Shown: piece by piece, positions 25,001 through 38,559 of the stretch | Layout of the letters: every line of letters begins with the position of its first letter | Position numbering within the stretch: the first letter of the stretch is position 1 | Origin: Lama guanicoe | Lineage: Eukaryota | NCBI GenBank assembly: GCA_013239625.1 | Contig: MU056216.1 | Location: 7,748,363 to 7,812,362 of the forward strand | Reading direction: 5' to 3' | Length of the DNA: 64,000 nt | Translations under genes and position numbers: made by a program | Notes under the pieces: model-generated | Seen by the model: the letters and a program-made list of their open reading frames with translations, nothing else | What the model was told of the DNA's origin: nothing | Database searches by the model: none

Positions 25001-25989
25001 AGTAGAAATTGTTCGCTTTCCCATGAACTACATCCAAAAGTATCACTCATTATTATAAAAACAAGCTTTCAACTTTTAGACGCCAATGTATAGAAAAATA
25101 GCACAGGCTTAATAATAATGTAAATAGTCTGCCACCTTTCAGTGAGTTTACAATTTCATCCTGTCACATAAAATTATGTTTTTATTCTGTTCAGTCATGG
25201 AATATAGGAATGGCCGAATTTTCGTATTGGCACTTTATTACCAAATCAAGTTTGGTAATTGCCAACATTGAAAATCATACTTTCTTTAGCACCAAGAATA
25301 GTATTTTTTTGCAATGTCTTTAATTTTTAGACAACTTCAGACCATTCCCACGCCCCTCTGTATGTTATTGAAAATTAATTAGCAGCCCCCGTTACTGCCT
25401 GACTTTTGGAGAAGCTAAGACTAAGTTGAATTGGAAGATGAGACATCAAAGAGGAAAAGGCTTAAGAGTTCAGAACACATTTTGTGGGAAAGCTTAATCC
25501 GATTGTCGATCATATGCTTGGTCAGGTAAAAGTAGCTCAGTGCCACTTAACAGCCTTTGTGAATTCTCTGGGTGACCAAGGTGGCCTCACAGGGCCAGAG
25601 CATGCCTGCATGTCAGCGCTGGGACTCCTCAGTCCAGCCACTTGATCGTACCCTTACATGTAGTCTGACTGAGAACGGCTGTGAGGTCAGGTCTAGAAGC
25701 ATCCCAAGAAGTGAAGGCCTACCCAGTGCTTGGCCTAGAGCCCCCCGAAACATCCCTCCTGAGAAGGCTAGCCCAGCCGTGCCTGACAAACCCTGAGAGC
25801 CCTGGGGGGCCAGGGAGCACCTGAAGCTGGAGGGTGGTTGAGGCCTGTATTCCAGAAAACAGCCAAGTGGCAGTTCTTAAGAGTGGAATTCCGTAATTAT
25901 CAAGTACAGGACTTTAGACGTCTGGCTGCAGAAGTGAACACGCGCACGCTTCTGTGACAGAGGAAGGGAGGCCTCGAAGGGGAGGGGGC

Positions 25990-26545
25990 CCTGCGGCCAG
26001 GCCCTAAGCGATCAGCAGGAGTTAGAAGCACAGAGGGAGCAGGGCGGACAGTCCAGGAAGGGGCTCTGACGGGGAGGGGTCTGGAGTGCAGCGGGGTCTG
26101 GCCTGTTTGGCTGACCAGGGAAGAAACATCCTACCTGCAGCATAAAGGTAACTGGTCAAGGTCGTGACAGGAGATGAGATTAAGCAAATTGGAGAGAAGG
26201 TTGGGGCAGAGCAGGGAGAGCTATGGAAAAGGAAGGCTGATTTCATGAAGGAAGAAAGAAAACGTCGACGTGCTGTGTGGGAAGGTAACAGTCAGGCACA
26301 GGACGCTCTGGAGGAAGGGCCCGCGGAAGCAGCGCAGCTTGCGGGCCACGTGGCAAGGATCCAGGGATGACGCAGCAGGAAGCCGCACTCAGAAGGCTGA
26401 GCGGATGGTCCCGAGGGATGTGTCCGAGGCGTGCCTTAAAGGCAGGACTGGTGGGATCTGTTGACTGCTTTGTTGAGGAGGGAGAAGAAATGAGATTACA
26501 GGACGCCTAGAGCCTGGATGACTAGGACAATGGTGGGACCTTTGC
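25990..26545 (-). mobile_element. L2 LINE fragment
   Basis: Purine-rich tract with ggagatgagatt...ggagag and gagcctggatgactaggacaatggtgg typical of antisense L2; boundaries approximate. Confidence 0.5.
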
Positions 26546-27271
26546 GGGGTCTCCACATACAACCACATACAGAGGGGAGCCAGTCACGTGGACCACAGTC
26601 AAATCCCTGCCTCCTGGGTTGGCATGGAAACAACCTGTAAACCCGCAACAGCAGCCTTGCCTGTGACAGAAACAGAACGTTGAGAAAGTGTTCATTTTGC
26701 AAAAAAAAAAAATCTATGTGCTTAGTTCAGGGACTGCTGAGGCTGAAGGGACAATGGGAGATACCCCCCACACCCTGAGTGAAAATTATATGGAGGGCGG
26801 GGTGGGGGAGTGGGACCTGAAAATTTTCAGCCTGCAAGTGCTTATTTTGCATTTGCTATTTAAATAGAGGAACTGGGTCTCTTCGCACATTAGGTAACAG
26901 ATGAACACAGTTGGCTACCAGGCTCGGCTATTTGGTGCCTCGTGTGGAAGACGGATGCACCCATTGTTAGTAAATCAGACCCAACTCCTCTGAAAGGGTT
27001 TCAAATAAGTGGATCTAAAATTGGAGCCTAAAATCCTTGTTTCCCCAAATAATGATAAATTAGCAGGGAGCAAGGGAAACTGAAATTCTGATGCATAATG
27101 GTCCTAGAAAAACTTTCTTTGAAATTTCTCCACGCTCCTCCCTCTCTTTCTCTTTCATCTTTGGAGTGACAGTTTCTGGTCCTTTTCTCTGTTCCTAACA
27201 AAGAAGCACGTTATTGAAAAAGAAAACAGTACGCCCACACCAAGAGACCTCAATCTAGAGAAGGGGGAGAA

Positions 27272-27314
27272 GTGTGTGTGCGCGTGCGTGTGTGTGCACG
27301 TGTGTGCGCGTGTG
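27272..27314. repeat. Mixed GT/GC alternating purine-pyrimidine tract
   Basis: 43 bp of uninterrupted R-Y alternation. Confidence 0.85.
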
Positions 27315-27743
27315 AATTTCACGAGGCAGCAGAACATTTCGTCAAGGACGCGGTTTGCAGTATTACCTGCTTCTCGTTTGGAGAGATTTAGGACTGAGTC
27401 TGAACTTCTGCTGGCAGTTGGGATGAAGCATGTAGCACATGCCAGCAGGATACCCAGGTGTCACAATGCCTGTGCCCTGGAGACCCGGCTCCCTTTCTCC
27501 TCCTTCCCTGGGAGTTTGAAGGCAGAGAGCCCTCTTTGCTCCTTCCTTTGAGCTCTGGAGGAAATGTCAGTGGCTCTCGCAGTGGAGAGAGAAATCACCA
27601 GGTCTCTGGGCCTTTGAGACGACGTGGCGGGGAGAGGCCGAGGAGCCCAGAGAGCCTGCACGCATCCTTCGCTCCCTTTCTCGCGTGGCAGGCGCCTTTG
27701 GACCATCTGCTCATGTGCTACTTCTCCTGCTGTTCTCTCCCAG

Positions 27744-27890
27744 GGAGGAGACCTCTTCGATGCCATCACTTCCACTAACAAATACACTGAGCGAGATGCC
27801 AGTGGGATGCTGTACAACCTGGCCAGCGCCATCAAATACCTGCACAGCCTCAACATCGTCCACCGTGACATCAAGCCCGAGAACCTGCTG
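27744..27890 (+). CDS. DCLK1: DCLK1 exon with catalytic loop ([49 protein letters not shown])
   Basis: ttctctcccag acceptor, CTG|gtaaga donor; 147 nt; HRDIKPEN motif. Confidence 0.98.
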
Positions 27891-28786
27891 GTAAGAGGAA
27901 CCCCCGCGTCACGGCGTCTGCAGTTCTGAGCGCTCATGAGTGAATATGAACATTCCTCTCTTTTTATTTTCTTTTCTATTTTCTTTCTTTCCTTAAAAAA
28001 AAAATTACCTTAAAGGCGAGTTTCCAGCTGGCCTTTAGTAACCAGCTGGAAACTAGTCCTTTAAATTGATCTGTGAGGGTTACTGTGCTATTAGGAGCAG
28101 TTGACTTATTAGCAAATAAAAACCCGAGGTCGGGGACAGGAAAGGAGCTCAGGAAATCTACGGCTGCGGTGAACCCGCGGGCCAGGCCAAGGTGGTCAGG
28201 AAGAGCATTTACACTCATATTATTTATCGACTGCACTTTTCTGTTAGAAAGCTTTTCCTTGGGAAAAAGGAATGGAAGGCCTTTTAGACTTTGTCTTAGT
28301 TTCCCAAATTACATCCCAATAATGCGATCTAGAAGCTAGGAGAATAACTCATTGTGCGTTTTCAAGACACCAGCCCCTCGGCATGAAAGTAATCATGATG
28401 AAGGCTGACTTTAAAAATTGGAGACATTCATATGCCCCTTTAGGACTGTTTGGTTTGCTTTGCACCGACTCCGGATCTCTGGAGAAACATCGAGAGTTCT
28501 CCACGCGAGCAAATGAGATGCTCCCCAGTCCTGTTGTTAAGGAAACCGTACTGGGAAGAAGTAGACAGAGACTGGGCATCGGGGAGCTGTCATTAATGAA
28601 TATGGGCGTGACATAAATTTTGCTGGCTATTCAGGCTGGAATTTTAATGAAATATATTCAGTTTCTCTCCCCAAGATGGGAGTTCTTCTTTGGCTTTTAT
28701 TATCCACCCCGCAAGAGTCATGTATTATATATAACTGTTAGTTTGTCCATCACTGGAAATCTGGGAAAAGTGAGGATTCTCTCAAG

Positions 28787-28960
28787 CAGTGTTTCTCCAA
28801 GGGTGGTCCAAAGACTCCCTGCATCAGAATTACTCCCAGATGCCTGTTAGAAATGCAAATTTCCAAATCAGAATCTGGTGACTGGTGACAGGGTGCAGAG
28901 CTGCAGGGCAGCCAGTTCCCCACATGGTCCCAACGAACACTGGAGTTTAAAAGCAGACGA
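28787..28960. mobile_element. MER5-type hAT-Charlie MITE
   Basis: cagtgtttctccaagggtggtcc...tgcatcagaattactcc...tgttagaaatgcaaatt...aatcagaatct. Confidence 0.7.
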
Positions 28961-29004
28961 ACGACCCAACTTCCACTACCCATAAAGTCCGCTGAGATCT
29001 GCGG

Positions 29005-29245
29005 TACTGGAGAGCCACCTGTGTGCTCACACCCTGCTCGAGACTTGACACTTAGCATCTCATTTCATCCTCACAACAGCCATGTAGGGTGAGTTCTATA
29101 ACTGCCCCATTTCACAGGTAAGGAGACTGGGTGCCTAGAGTTGAAAGACCTGCTCAAGGCCATCACAGCTCTTACGTGGAAGAGCCAAGGTCTCAACCTA
29201 GCTGTGCCCCACTCCAAAGCCCGAAGTTTTAACCTCTAGACTACA
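29005..29245 (-). mobile_element. MIR
   Basis: atctcatttcatcctcacaacagc...ccccatttcacaggtaaggagactggg...tgctcaaggccatcacagct. Confidence 0.8.
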
Positions 29246-31586
29246 TAAAGCTGTGAATCAGGGAGAGAGGTTTGCTGCCTGTTTGCTGTGCACCAGGTAC
29301 AGAGAGACATTCGCCTTCATGGAGCGACATTCAAGTAGGAAAAACAGGCATTCAGGAAATAAAGGCACAAGCAGTTAGTTCATTGCAATTAGGTTAATCA
29401 TCTTGTAGCTACCGGCTGGCAAAGGCAGCGGAGGTCAAATGATGGCGTTCTGACTTAATTGCCCCTCAAATTCCTCATCCCCGCAGTAGCCTAAACATTC
29501 TCTTCTGCATAGTTGCTTCTATAAACTGCAGCAATTTTGCCTCGTCTGCACTCATTCTTCCCGTGTCCTGAATTATGTAGGATTGTCTCACGGGAACGGA
29601 CTTACAACTGAGCCTTTGTTTAAAAACTTCTCTAAGCTCCAAAAATTCAGTGATTGAAAATTAAAGTTTCATTTTCCTTCCCGCTTTCGCAGTTCAGTTT
29701 TGTGGACCCCTTGTTCACCTGCTTCTCACCAGAGCACTGTTTCTGTGAATGCCTTAAATGAGTACTAGCAGTGTGCTTTTACTAAAATTTCAATGTGTGG
29801 GATTCTTTTTAAGTACTGTGCTCACTGGAATCTATTTTACTTTAAATTACCCCAAAAGAGAAGAAAGTTCTCTGCTTTTTTCCTTTCTTTTCTAATTTAA
29901 GAATGTGAAGAAACATGTGTACGCATATATGTATACACACACACCATTGCTGTCATTCATAACATAGGTTTAAATATATAATATGAAAAACTGAAGTAAT
30001 TCTGCTTCTCTAGTATAGTAATTTCTTACTATAGGAGAGTAGTAAGGGTTGGTGAGGTTTGCAGAGATCAATCTGTTATAGGGTAAAATAGGTAGAAGAA
30101 TAGAATAATTTTAACAACATTAGGATGACATCACTAATTGCACTTGAGATTCCTTATTAATTTCATATTCTGTTGACGTTTGTATGGAAGTAAGAAAGAA
30201 TCGTCCTGGGAGGCCAACAATCACATTCTCAGGATTTATGGTCAGGTGGACGAAAGTTCAAAACCAAGGGCTTCACTCTTCCACTGGCTAGTCTTCTGAC
30301 CTTGAACCAGTTACTTAACTCCTTTGAGCCTCCTTTAAGGGGATTTGATGCAGATAAAGAGACAGCATGTAACTATTAGCTCCCTTCTTTTTTTTAATTC
30401 CCTCTTTATTATGAACAAAAATTTATCCCTAAAAAAATGAATAAAAAGATAAAAATGAATAAAAGTAAAGGAAAAGATAAAAAATAAATGAAAATATAAA
30501 AATAAATAAAAAGGTAAAAAGTTATCCCTAAAAATGAATTTAACAATAAATTGCACCTTGTGACAATAATCTTTCATCTTTTCTGACATTGCTTTTGAAG
30601 TCTTCCTATTTACCCAGGCATGAATTTACCATCTTGTGGCAAAATGTAGAGCTAGAGACTATTTTTGGAAAAATGCTACAATAAATTTAAAGAGTTTTGA
30701 TCCATTTTCTAACTACAGAGAAACTTAAAGAAATAAAAGACCTCACTGCACACTTTGCATTACTGTTTTATTGAGAGCCCTCAGAGAAAACCTAAACTGT
30801 TAGACTGCTGATACATTTTTGCTAATTGTTTAATGCTTGTTATAAATAGCAAAGAATTATTTGTAAATGTAGACATTTCAGCTATGGATTTCATTTTGTA
30901 TAATATCATCATATATCCGTAACTTTTACAATTTTTTTACTTTTAATTCCTGCAGAACAATATAAAAATAATGTAGCTTGGCTGTAAGATCCATACTGAC
31001 CATATGAATGATTTATTCAGTTTAAGTGCTTGGTCAGGTGAAAGTATTTTAATAAGAAAATATGATTTGATTTACAGTGGTATTTCCAGCCATGTTTTTA
31101 GGCAAAAAACTGGGAACTGATCCAATTTATAATTTTATTATTGCATTGTTGCTAAGGTTTTTTTTTTTAAGTGTTAATCATGCCAATGATTGTATGTGTT
31201 TCTTTTTGCTTCTTGGTGCTTAATAATCATCTGGGTGAGTGACAGGTGGATGACAGGGTGGATTAAGGAGAAAGCGAGTGAATGGTGATATTTTTTCATG
31301 GAATAGGACAGACCCAACAGGACAAACCCTAGTCGTTTCTTAATTCATCTATTAAGTTGAGGACTCACATTGTCTGCAGACTAAACCTCTCTGAGTGCGT
31401 CGGGGAGAGGAAGTACAGTGCTTTCCCAGCTGCACTTATGCATAGAACCATTGTGTGTATGTGTGTGTGCACGCGTGCGTGCGTGTGGTGGTATTTTATG
31501 ACAGAAAGGAACCTTTTGCTTTAATTTAAAAAAACAAAACAAAAATGGGCTTCCTGAGATCAACTGCTTTCAGTTTACACAAATCA

Positions 31587-31600
31587 CCACTAGATGGCAG
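31587..31600 (+). promoter_or_regulatory. CTCF core motif candidate
   Basis: CCACTAGATGGCAG matches CCASYAGRKGGCRS. Confidence 0.6.
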
Positions 31601-33526
31601 ACTTGTATCCTTGGCTGCAAAACTCATCAGTAGCAGCCTGTTTCTCTTGGGGAGCTAGAAGGGTCTTTTTTAAATGTATACGCAGCTGTCTCCTCCTTAG
31701 GAAAATTAAAGTCTTTACTGGCAAAACTATAACTTACATCACTAGTTTTTATTAGATTCCAGAAATAAACACAGTAATTTTCTTGAAATATAAAAGTTTA
31801 TGTTCAAAAACCTTTTTCCTTCCAAACTCCTCAGTGCTGTCTGGGGAAAAGCCGTTTCTCAGGGAAACTGCTTCTCCTGGTTAGAAGTTTTCTCCTAAAA
31901 ACTCTGTGTCGAGGTGTTTGTGCCTGTCCCTAGCTGCCCGCTAAAATGGCATGTACAGCTAATGACCCTCATTTTCGCTAAACGGGTTGAATCTAGTGAT
32001 AAATTATCTTGTTTTCCCCAAGGGATGGCCACAGGTTGTGCTCCAGCCCTTCTTAGTTTCCGCTTCACGCCAACCCTGAGCTCACCAGATAATGGATTTC
32101 CTTCTGCTTTCATCCCATGATTCTCAATCCCCAGATAAACCCATTTTGTGATAGTATAGCTAAGTACACTGGTAGACGAGATGAGATGGTGCCACAGACG
32201 GAGCACTAGAGGATGTAAACAAAAACACAGTGGAGTAGAGGTGTAGTCAGTTTACTGCAGGATGAGCTGGAGCCACCAGAGGGCTGATGATCGGATTAGG
32301 GTCACCCTCAGCACGGGAGCCAGGGATTCACAGGAGTCTGTCACTAGCCCCGCCCTAAGCAGCCTTACCAGGGAGCTGAAGAGGAATTATATATATCAAA
32401 GGACAGAACTGAGAACCAAAGGTATCTTTAACTCCATAAGGGTCCCAAAATAGTAAGATGAAATGTAACAAGAGATAAACATAAATCCCTATGGACTAGG
32501 TGGTTTGGGTGGTATTGTTTTAATGATCATCGCAGAAAATCAGTAATGGGAAAATTAGTTGACCATAATAAGTTCACTGTGAGTCTCAGTGTGACATGAC
32601 TGTTGAAGACACCAATACGCCCTTAGACTCCTTTCATTTTGAAAGGGTGTCTCCTGCCATGGTCATACCACGTGACCCTTACAGGGAGGGACCTGAACAT
32701 GTGACATCAGCAGCCTGGGGTTCAGCTCAAAGAAGGGATGGAGAAAGTGGAGAAGGGTGGCTGTCATCAGATATACGAAAGGAGACGGGAGAACACTCTT
32801 GTGCTGTGTTTGAGAGTGCTGAACTCACACCAAGGAGAAGACATTAATAAGAGATCTGAGGCTGATTTAAAAACTTTCAAACAATTACAGCTGTTTGAAA
32901 ACTAAATGGCTTTTATTACAGGTATCTTGCAGTTATGTAAAAAGTCCAAGCAGAAAGTAAATGATCATTTTTCATGGGTGTTTAGAAAATTCCTTGTCTC
33001 TGAATTTGGCTAAAAGTTGAGGGAAAATAGAAGAAAAAGAACATGTTCCCTAAACATTCTTTAATACAATAATACGCCAGTTACTGTATAAGCATTTTCT
33101 GAGGGCCCTTCTGCAAGGACCTGTGGTTCCATCAGGGAGAGGAAGACCAGAGTCAGAGTGTAGCGTGTTCCCCATGTTGGTCGGCATCTGTCTACGGCAC
33201 TACTCATGCCTTCTGCCTTCCAGGACTTGAGCAATACCATTCATTTTATTTTACAATGACGTGGCCTTGTGGGACTAGCAAAGATTAATAATAATAATAA
33301 TAATAACATCCTGTGTTGGCAAATTTATGAGGATACCAATCATCTCTTACGAATTTGTGCAAGAGTAACTTGATGGAACCCTTCTGAAAGGTAATTTGGT
33401 AATATATAATTAAAGTCTTAAATAACGTGCACCCTGTGACCAAGTAAATCTACTCTAGAAATGTAACCTAAGGAAAAATATCAGATATGTATACGTCATC
33501 TCAGTGTTTTTTAGTATGGAAAAAAA

Positions 33527-33542
33527 TACATATATACGTATA

Positions 33543-33577
<35 letters not shown>

Positions 33578-33586
33578 GCACACACA
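33527..33586. repeat. Compound (TG)n(TA)n microsatellite
   Basis: tacatatatacgtatatgtgtgtgtgtgtgtatatatatatatatatatgcacacaca. Confidence 0.9.
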
Positions 33587-33619
33587 GCTTCACCTGGGCA
33601 GATTTTTCAAATAATGGCA

Positions 33620-33855
33620 CGATGAGGACATACTGGTTAGAATCATGGACTTGGACATGCCCTAGCTTAAGCCCTGGCTTTGCCACTGATTAGCTGTGTA
33701 ATATTTGGCAAGTTATTTAACGTCTCTGAGCCTCAATTTTTTCATCCTCAAAATATCAGAAATATTACTTAATAGGGTTGCTGTGAAGATCCAATGGGAT
33801 ATTGAGCATGAAATCCTCAACACAAGGCTTGGCATAGCCTATGTGCTCAATAAAA
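33620..33855 (+). mobile_element. MIR nested in L1
   Basis: tttgccactgattagctgtgt...ttggcaagttatttaacgtctctgagcctcaattttttcatc...tagggttgctgtgaagat...gtgctcaataaa. Confidence 0.82.
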
Positions 33856-35458
33856 CAGCAGGGGCAGCATTTGGGGGGATTATTGTTAAGGTGCAGCCAC
33901 ACAATGGAATATCCAGCAGCCCCCGAAAATCGCGATGTAGATACATGCTTATTCACTTCGGCAGACATTCAGGAGGTATTATTCAGCAGAGGGGAAAAAA
34001 AGACAGAAAAGAGAAAGAAAGAAAGCTCTGGAAGTTCATACTCAAAATGTTAACAATGGTTATTTCTAGGTAAGAAATTTCAAGATTGCAGGTGAGTTTA
34101 ATTCCCTTCTCTCTATAATTATCTGTCTTTTCTAATTTTCCTACAATGACATATTGGATAGTACTTGTGTGACAAAAATGTAACACAATTTCTAAAAATT
34201 GCAATGACATGGAGTTCCCACAGTTTTAGCAGGACGTACAGTTGCTACAGAATCCAGAAAGTGCATGTTTCATGAATCTCCCTGCAGCTGCATGAAACTC
34301 ATTTCTAGTAAGTTTCGTGACTGTTTTAAAAGGGGGAGAAGAATCAGGTTTCCTGGAGTTTCCGTTCACTTCTGCATCTTCCCAGCTATCTCTAGGGTAA
34401 TACCTTGAAAAGCTATTTTATTTCTTCTTATTAATGTTATTACTCCTCTTCTGACGTCTGTACATTTTTAAAATGATTTCACTTAATATTTTTGTTTCCT
34501 AAAGATTTTACATGTGGGTATAAAATGAATTTGGTTTTTTTAAGAATTAATTTTTTTCCCAGGAGGTTTAATTCTAAAGTATGTGAACCATAAAGTACAT
34601 TTTGAAACATAATTCCCTGCAAAAATGTTGTTATACTTCACTTCTTAGAGATTAAAGACTTAAATTTAATCCACTTTTTAAAGAAAGCACCCTAAAGGCC
34701 ATATACCATGGCTAGCGGAAAATCAATGTCTTTTTTTTAGAAGGATACTATATTTGTTAAGAAGTAAATTGACTTTTTGTTTTTATGGCTTTGTCAATTT
34801 CATGCCAGTTTTGTTAAATTCTATTTGGTGAAATAACTTTTAGTACCTATGGAGCTCCTAAGTGAAGAATATTTCAGTGTTTACTCATGATGCATTAGCC
34901 AGTGTTTCAACAGGGTTATCCTTGAATTCACATCAACATTGAGAATTATGTTTGTCCAACACATCTGTTATATTAGTCAGCTTTTAGTTCTCTATTATGG
35001 GAATCTCAGACACCATTTGACTCGATTCAGGTTATCTGTGAATTTTCATATTATTTTATGGCCACCGTCTGCATTTTATGACTCTATATTAAATCTTTTA
35101 TTTTTTCAAATAACTTTTTCAAATGGTCTCCATTTCTAATCCAAAGGAAGTCAGGCATGTGCTCAAACGTCTGCTGCTTAGAGAGTCACAGCTACTGCGA
35201 AACCCCAAATAAACAGAAAAGAAACAGAAATATAAAACTCTCCTTTAAAAAAGAAAACTCCTGTTTAAAATACCAGTTTGCCAAAAGCCTACACACCTGA
35301 CCTTTCACTCTATCTCTTCTTGATAGGACGTGCCTTCAGCTCTTAATTGGAACCTTTTTCATAATTGCTGCCATTGAACACATTTAGTCTGTCAAATCAT
35401 GGGATGTCTTTATAGCCATATAATAAACCCTGGAGAACAACTTTTCTGACTGTAGCCA

Positions 35459-35646
35459 NNNNNNNNNNNNNNNNNNNNNNNNNNNNNNNNNNNNNNNNNN
35501 NNNNNNNNNNNNNNNNNNNNNNNNNNNNNNNNNNNNNNNNNNNNNNNNNNNNNNNNNNNNNNNNNNNNNNNNNNNNNNNNNNNNNNNNNNNNNNNNNNNN
35601 NNNNNNNNNNNNNNNNNNNNNNNNNNNNNNNNNNNNNNNNNNNNNN
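35459..35646. other. Assembly gap
   Basis: N run. Confidence 1.
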
Positions 35647-38559
35647 TAGCCCCTCGGTGTTTAAAATGTGGAGGAACATCTATAAGTATTTAAAGGGCCT
35701 GGGGTGAACGTTAAATTATATCTCATGTTGTGAATACTCTTTGATTGACAATGAATGTACTCCCACCTCCCGTGTGGGTCATGTTTTACGGAGGCTTTAA
35801 AATATGGTTCTAGCAAAAAGCGCTTCTTCCCCCAGAACACCCCCTGCTGGGTCAGGCTGTCCCAGCCGAGACTTGCAGCCTGTACGGGTTCTTTCTGAAA
35901 GATGGTCGGTTCAGAGAGCGCGAGAAGCCAGGGGCTCAGCCTTCTCAATGTGAACGTGTTAGGAGCTTTTCCGACCCCTAACTTTTAATTAAAAACTTAG
36001 TTCAGAGTGAATTTATAGCTGCCTTTTAGGAAAATACTTTCTGGAGATGGTTTTGTGAGGCTGTGTGTGTGTGTGTGTGTACACGCATGTGTTTGAAACA
36101 GATGCATTTAGCAATCTGTGATTTTGAACAAAGTTTTAATTACATTGTCAAATGGCCTCACTCCCGCCCCTGTGCGTTCAGCTGGTCAGAGATGAGGGCG
36201 AGCCCAGCTGAGGCCGCAGCCGGTGCTCAGGTGAGCCCCGTTGTGAGCTGGGCCCCTGGACTGGGAAAGGCGCTCTCTCACCGGAGGACGGGAGACATTA
36301 CAACCCGTTCCTCCGTATTCTTCTCCCCAAGTGTTGACAGAGAAAAACCCAAAGCAACCTTGCTTCCTGCCCTGCCTGACAGTAAGTAAGTTAAACAGAA
36401 TTCCAAACAAGAGGCCTGGACATTTATTCACCTGCAAAAACATTTTGCTGAAGCATTTCAAACGTACTTGGGTCTAGAAATGTTTCCAATTACATGGATT
36501 AGGCCTTTGTCTCTTAGCTCTTACTGTCTCTCGTAGGCATCACTTTAATCTCTTTATATGTTCATGAAAATTCTACTATATTGCTTTCAAAGCCAAAAAC
36601 AAGGTGGGGGAGGCATGTAGAAATGATTAAAGAGAGATGAAAAGAACATAAAAATTATAGATTCTGTGTATTTCATTTAAATGATGCTGGTTTATGTTTA
36701 AAGTATTGTTACTGTTAAATCTTCATTTTATTTTAGGTAAATTCTTTAGTGCTTTTTTCCTTAGTTATTAAAACTTTGAACTTTATTGCTCAGCTGTATT
36801 AAATATAATTGGCATATGGCTATGTGTAAGATGGAATTCCTATTAAAATGTAGATGCTTAAAAAGAGAACCTTTGGTACATGTAGGAGAATTACATGGTC
36901 GTATTCAGAACTAAAATGTGACTTATGACTGCATCTGCCAACATCTGCTTTCGTCCAGCTTTTGAATAGTTAGGTGATTATGGATAGTATGTTTAGAAAA
37001 AAAGCCACAAAATCTTCTATACAAATGGAGTTGTGTAATTTGAAATCTGCACAGCCTCACAAAACACACACCATGAATGTTTGGACCTAATAGAACATCA
37101 AAGCAGGAGGTTATTTTGCATTTTAAAAAGGTAATTGGTAACAAAATGGAATTAGGGAAGTAAACAATTCTGCTCCGTCTGGGAAATGAACTGGATGACC
37201 TACTAGGTGTTTCCAGCTCCGATTTCTTTTCAGGAAAAACATTTGCTTGTCATTTGGACGACCAGAGTGGCTGACATGCTGAGACTACGATTTAGGGATT
37301 TCTTTTGCCTGAGAACATTTATGCTGGGGATGATACTGTGTTTTGCAGCTCTGGTACCTCAAAGTCTGTAATTCAGACTTGTCTGTGCTGAGTGGGGCTA
37401 GACGGCTGCTTCATTAAAGTGGGGAGGACAGTGTTCATCTCAGAGGACGATGGCCACGTCTGAGAGGGACACACAGCTGCCCTGCCCTAACAACCCAAGT
37501 GCGGGTGACCCCGTGAACCTCTGCATACCTGCCTACGGGCAGCCCAGACTTGATCCTGGTTGAGCCCTAAGGGAGAGGGCCCCATGTTCTGAGCGTGGAG
37601 GAAATGTAAAGGAATATTTTCTGCCCAGAAAAGACAGTTTTTCCAGAGAGGAGGATCTGACTGCCTTTTTTTTTTTTTTTTAATAGCCAAAGCAGTTAGA
37701 GCCCAATGAGCACTGCTGCTACTGCAGCTTAGCTGTCCAAACATCTCCAGCTGATGCTGCGGTGAAATGAGAAGTTAATCCCCTTTTTCCAAAGGAAGGC
37801 AGACCTGGAGTGTAAACGGTAGCGCCTCTCCTGATGTGTGGAGATGTGCCTTGCTGTGCGCGAGGTTCGAACTGCTCAAGCAAGTGCAGATAACCCTAGA
37901 GCGCTAACAGAAGAGCACGCCGGTCTCGGCTGGCTGGCTGAATTGTTTTGATGTACGGGGAAGATTTCTCCATATCCTCGAGGCATCTCTTGGCCGCGGC
38001 CTTGGCTGGGAATACTAGCCTTTCACCGTGGCAATCTTTTCTTTATCTTATTGATTCCAGTGGAGGGCTCTGAATTAGAATTCTGAATGCTCTTTGATCT
38101 TTCCTTTGAAATAATAGATGTTGTTTGGGATACTTTCTGGAGCAGATCCATTTGGTTTGATCATGGGCTAGAATTGAAGCAGCGTAAATACTTGCCTAGG
38201 GTCACATGCATCCTTTTCTTGATTTGTTGGGTGAAAGACTGGAGCCTTTTACTGCCTTAATAAGGAAACCTGGACAGAACGCTGACTCTGCACCTGATAA
38301 ATCTTTCCAGATTGCCACAGGTGAAATGAAATGTTAATATCCCTTTCAATTATTAATAAAAAAATGTAAATAGATCTTGGTGGAAATGTGGGGCACCGAA
38401 AATAAAATATTTTAATAGACATGTAGATTTTTTGTTCAATTTACCAAAGATCTACACTTTGAGAGCTTTTTATATATTAAAACGAAGGCTAATTATTTTC
38501 ATAAATTGGAGATTTTGCACTAGAAACTTTCTATATTTCATTGTATTCTGCAAATAAAT

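Larger units (their letters stand above)
33310..34190 (+). mobile_element. Old L1 (L1M/L1ME-like) 3' fragment interrupted by a microsatellite and a MIR
   Basis: gaaaggtaatttggtaata...ccctgtgaccaagtaaatctactctagaaatgtaacctaaggaaa; resumes after MIR with cacacaatggaatat...caaaatgttaacaatggttatttct. Confidence 0.65.

Noticed and set aside
32585-32760. Possible old ERVL/MaLR LTR fragments (also ~17820-17990)
   Set aside because: Too diverged to support without a repeat library search
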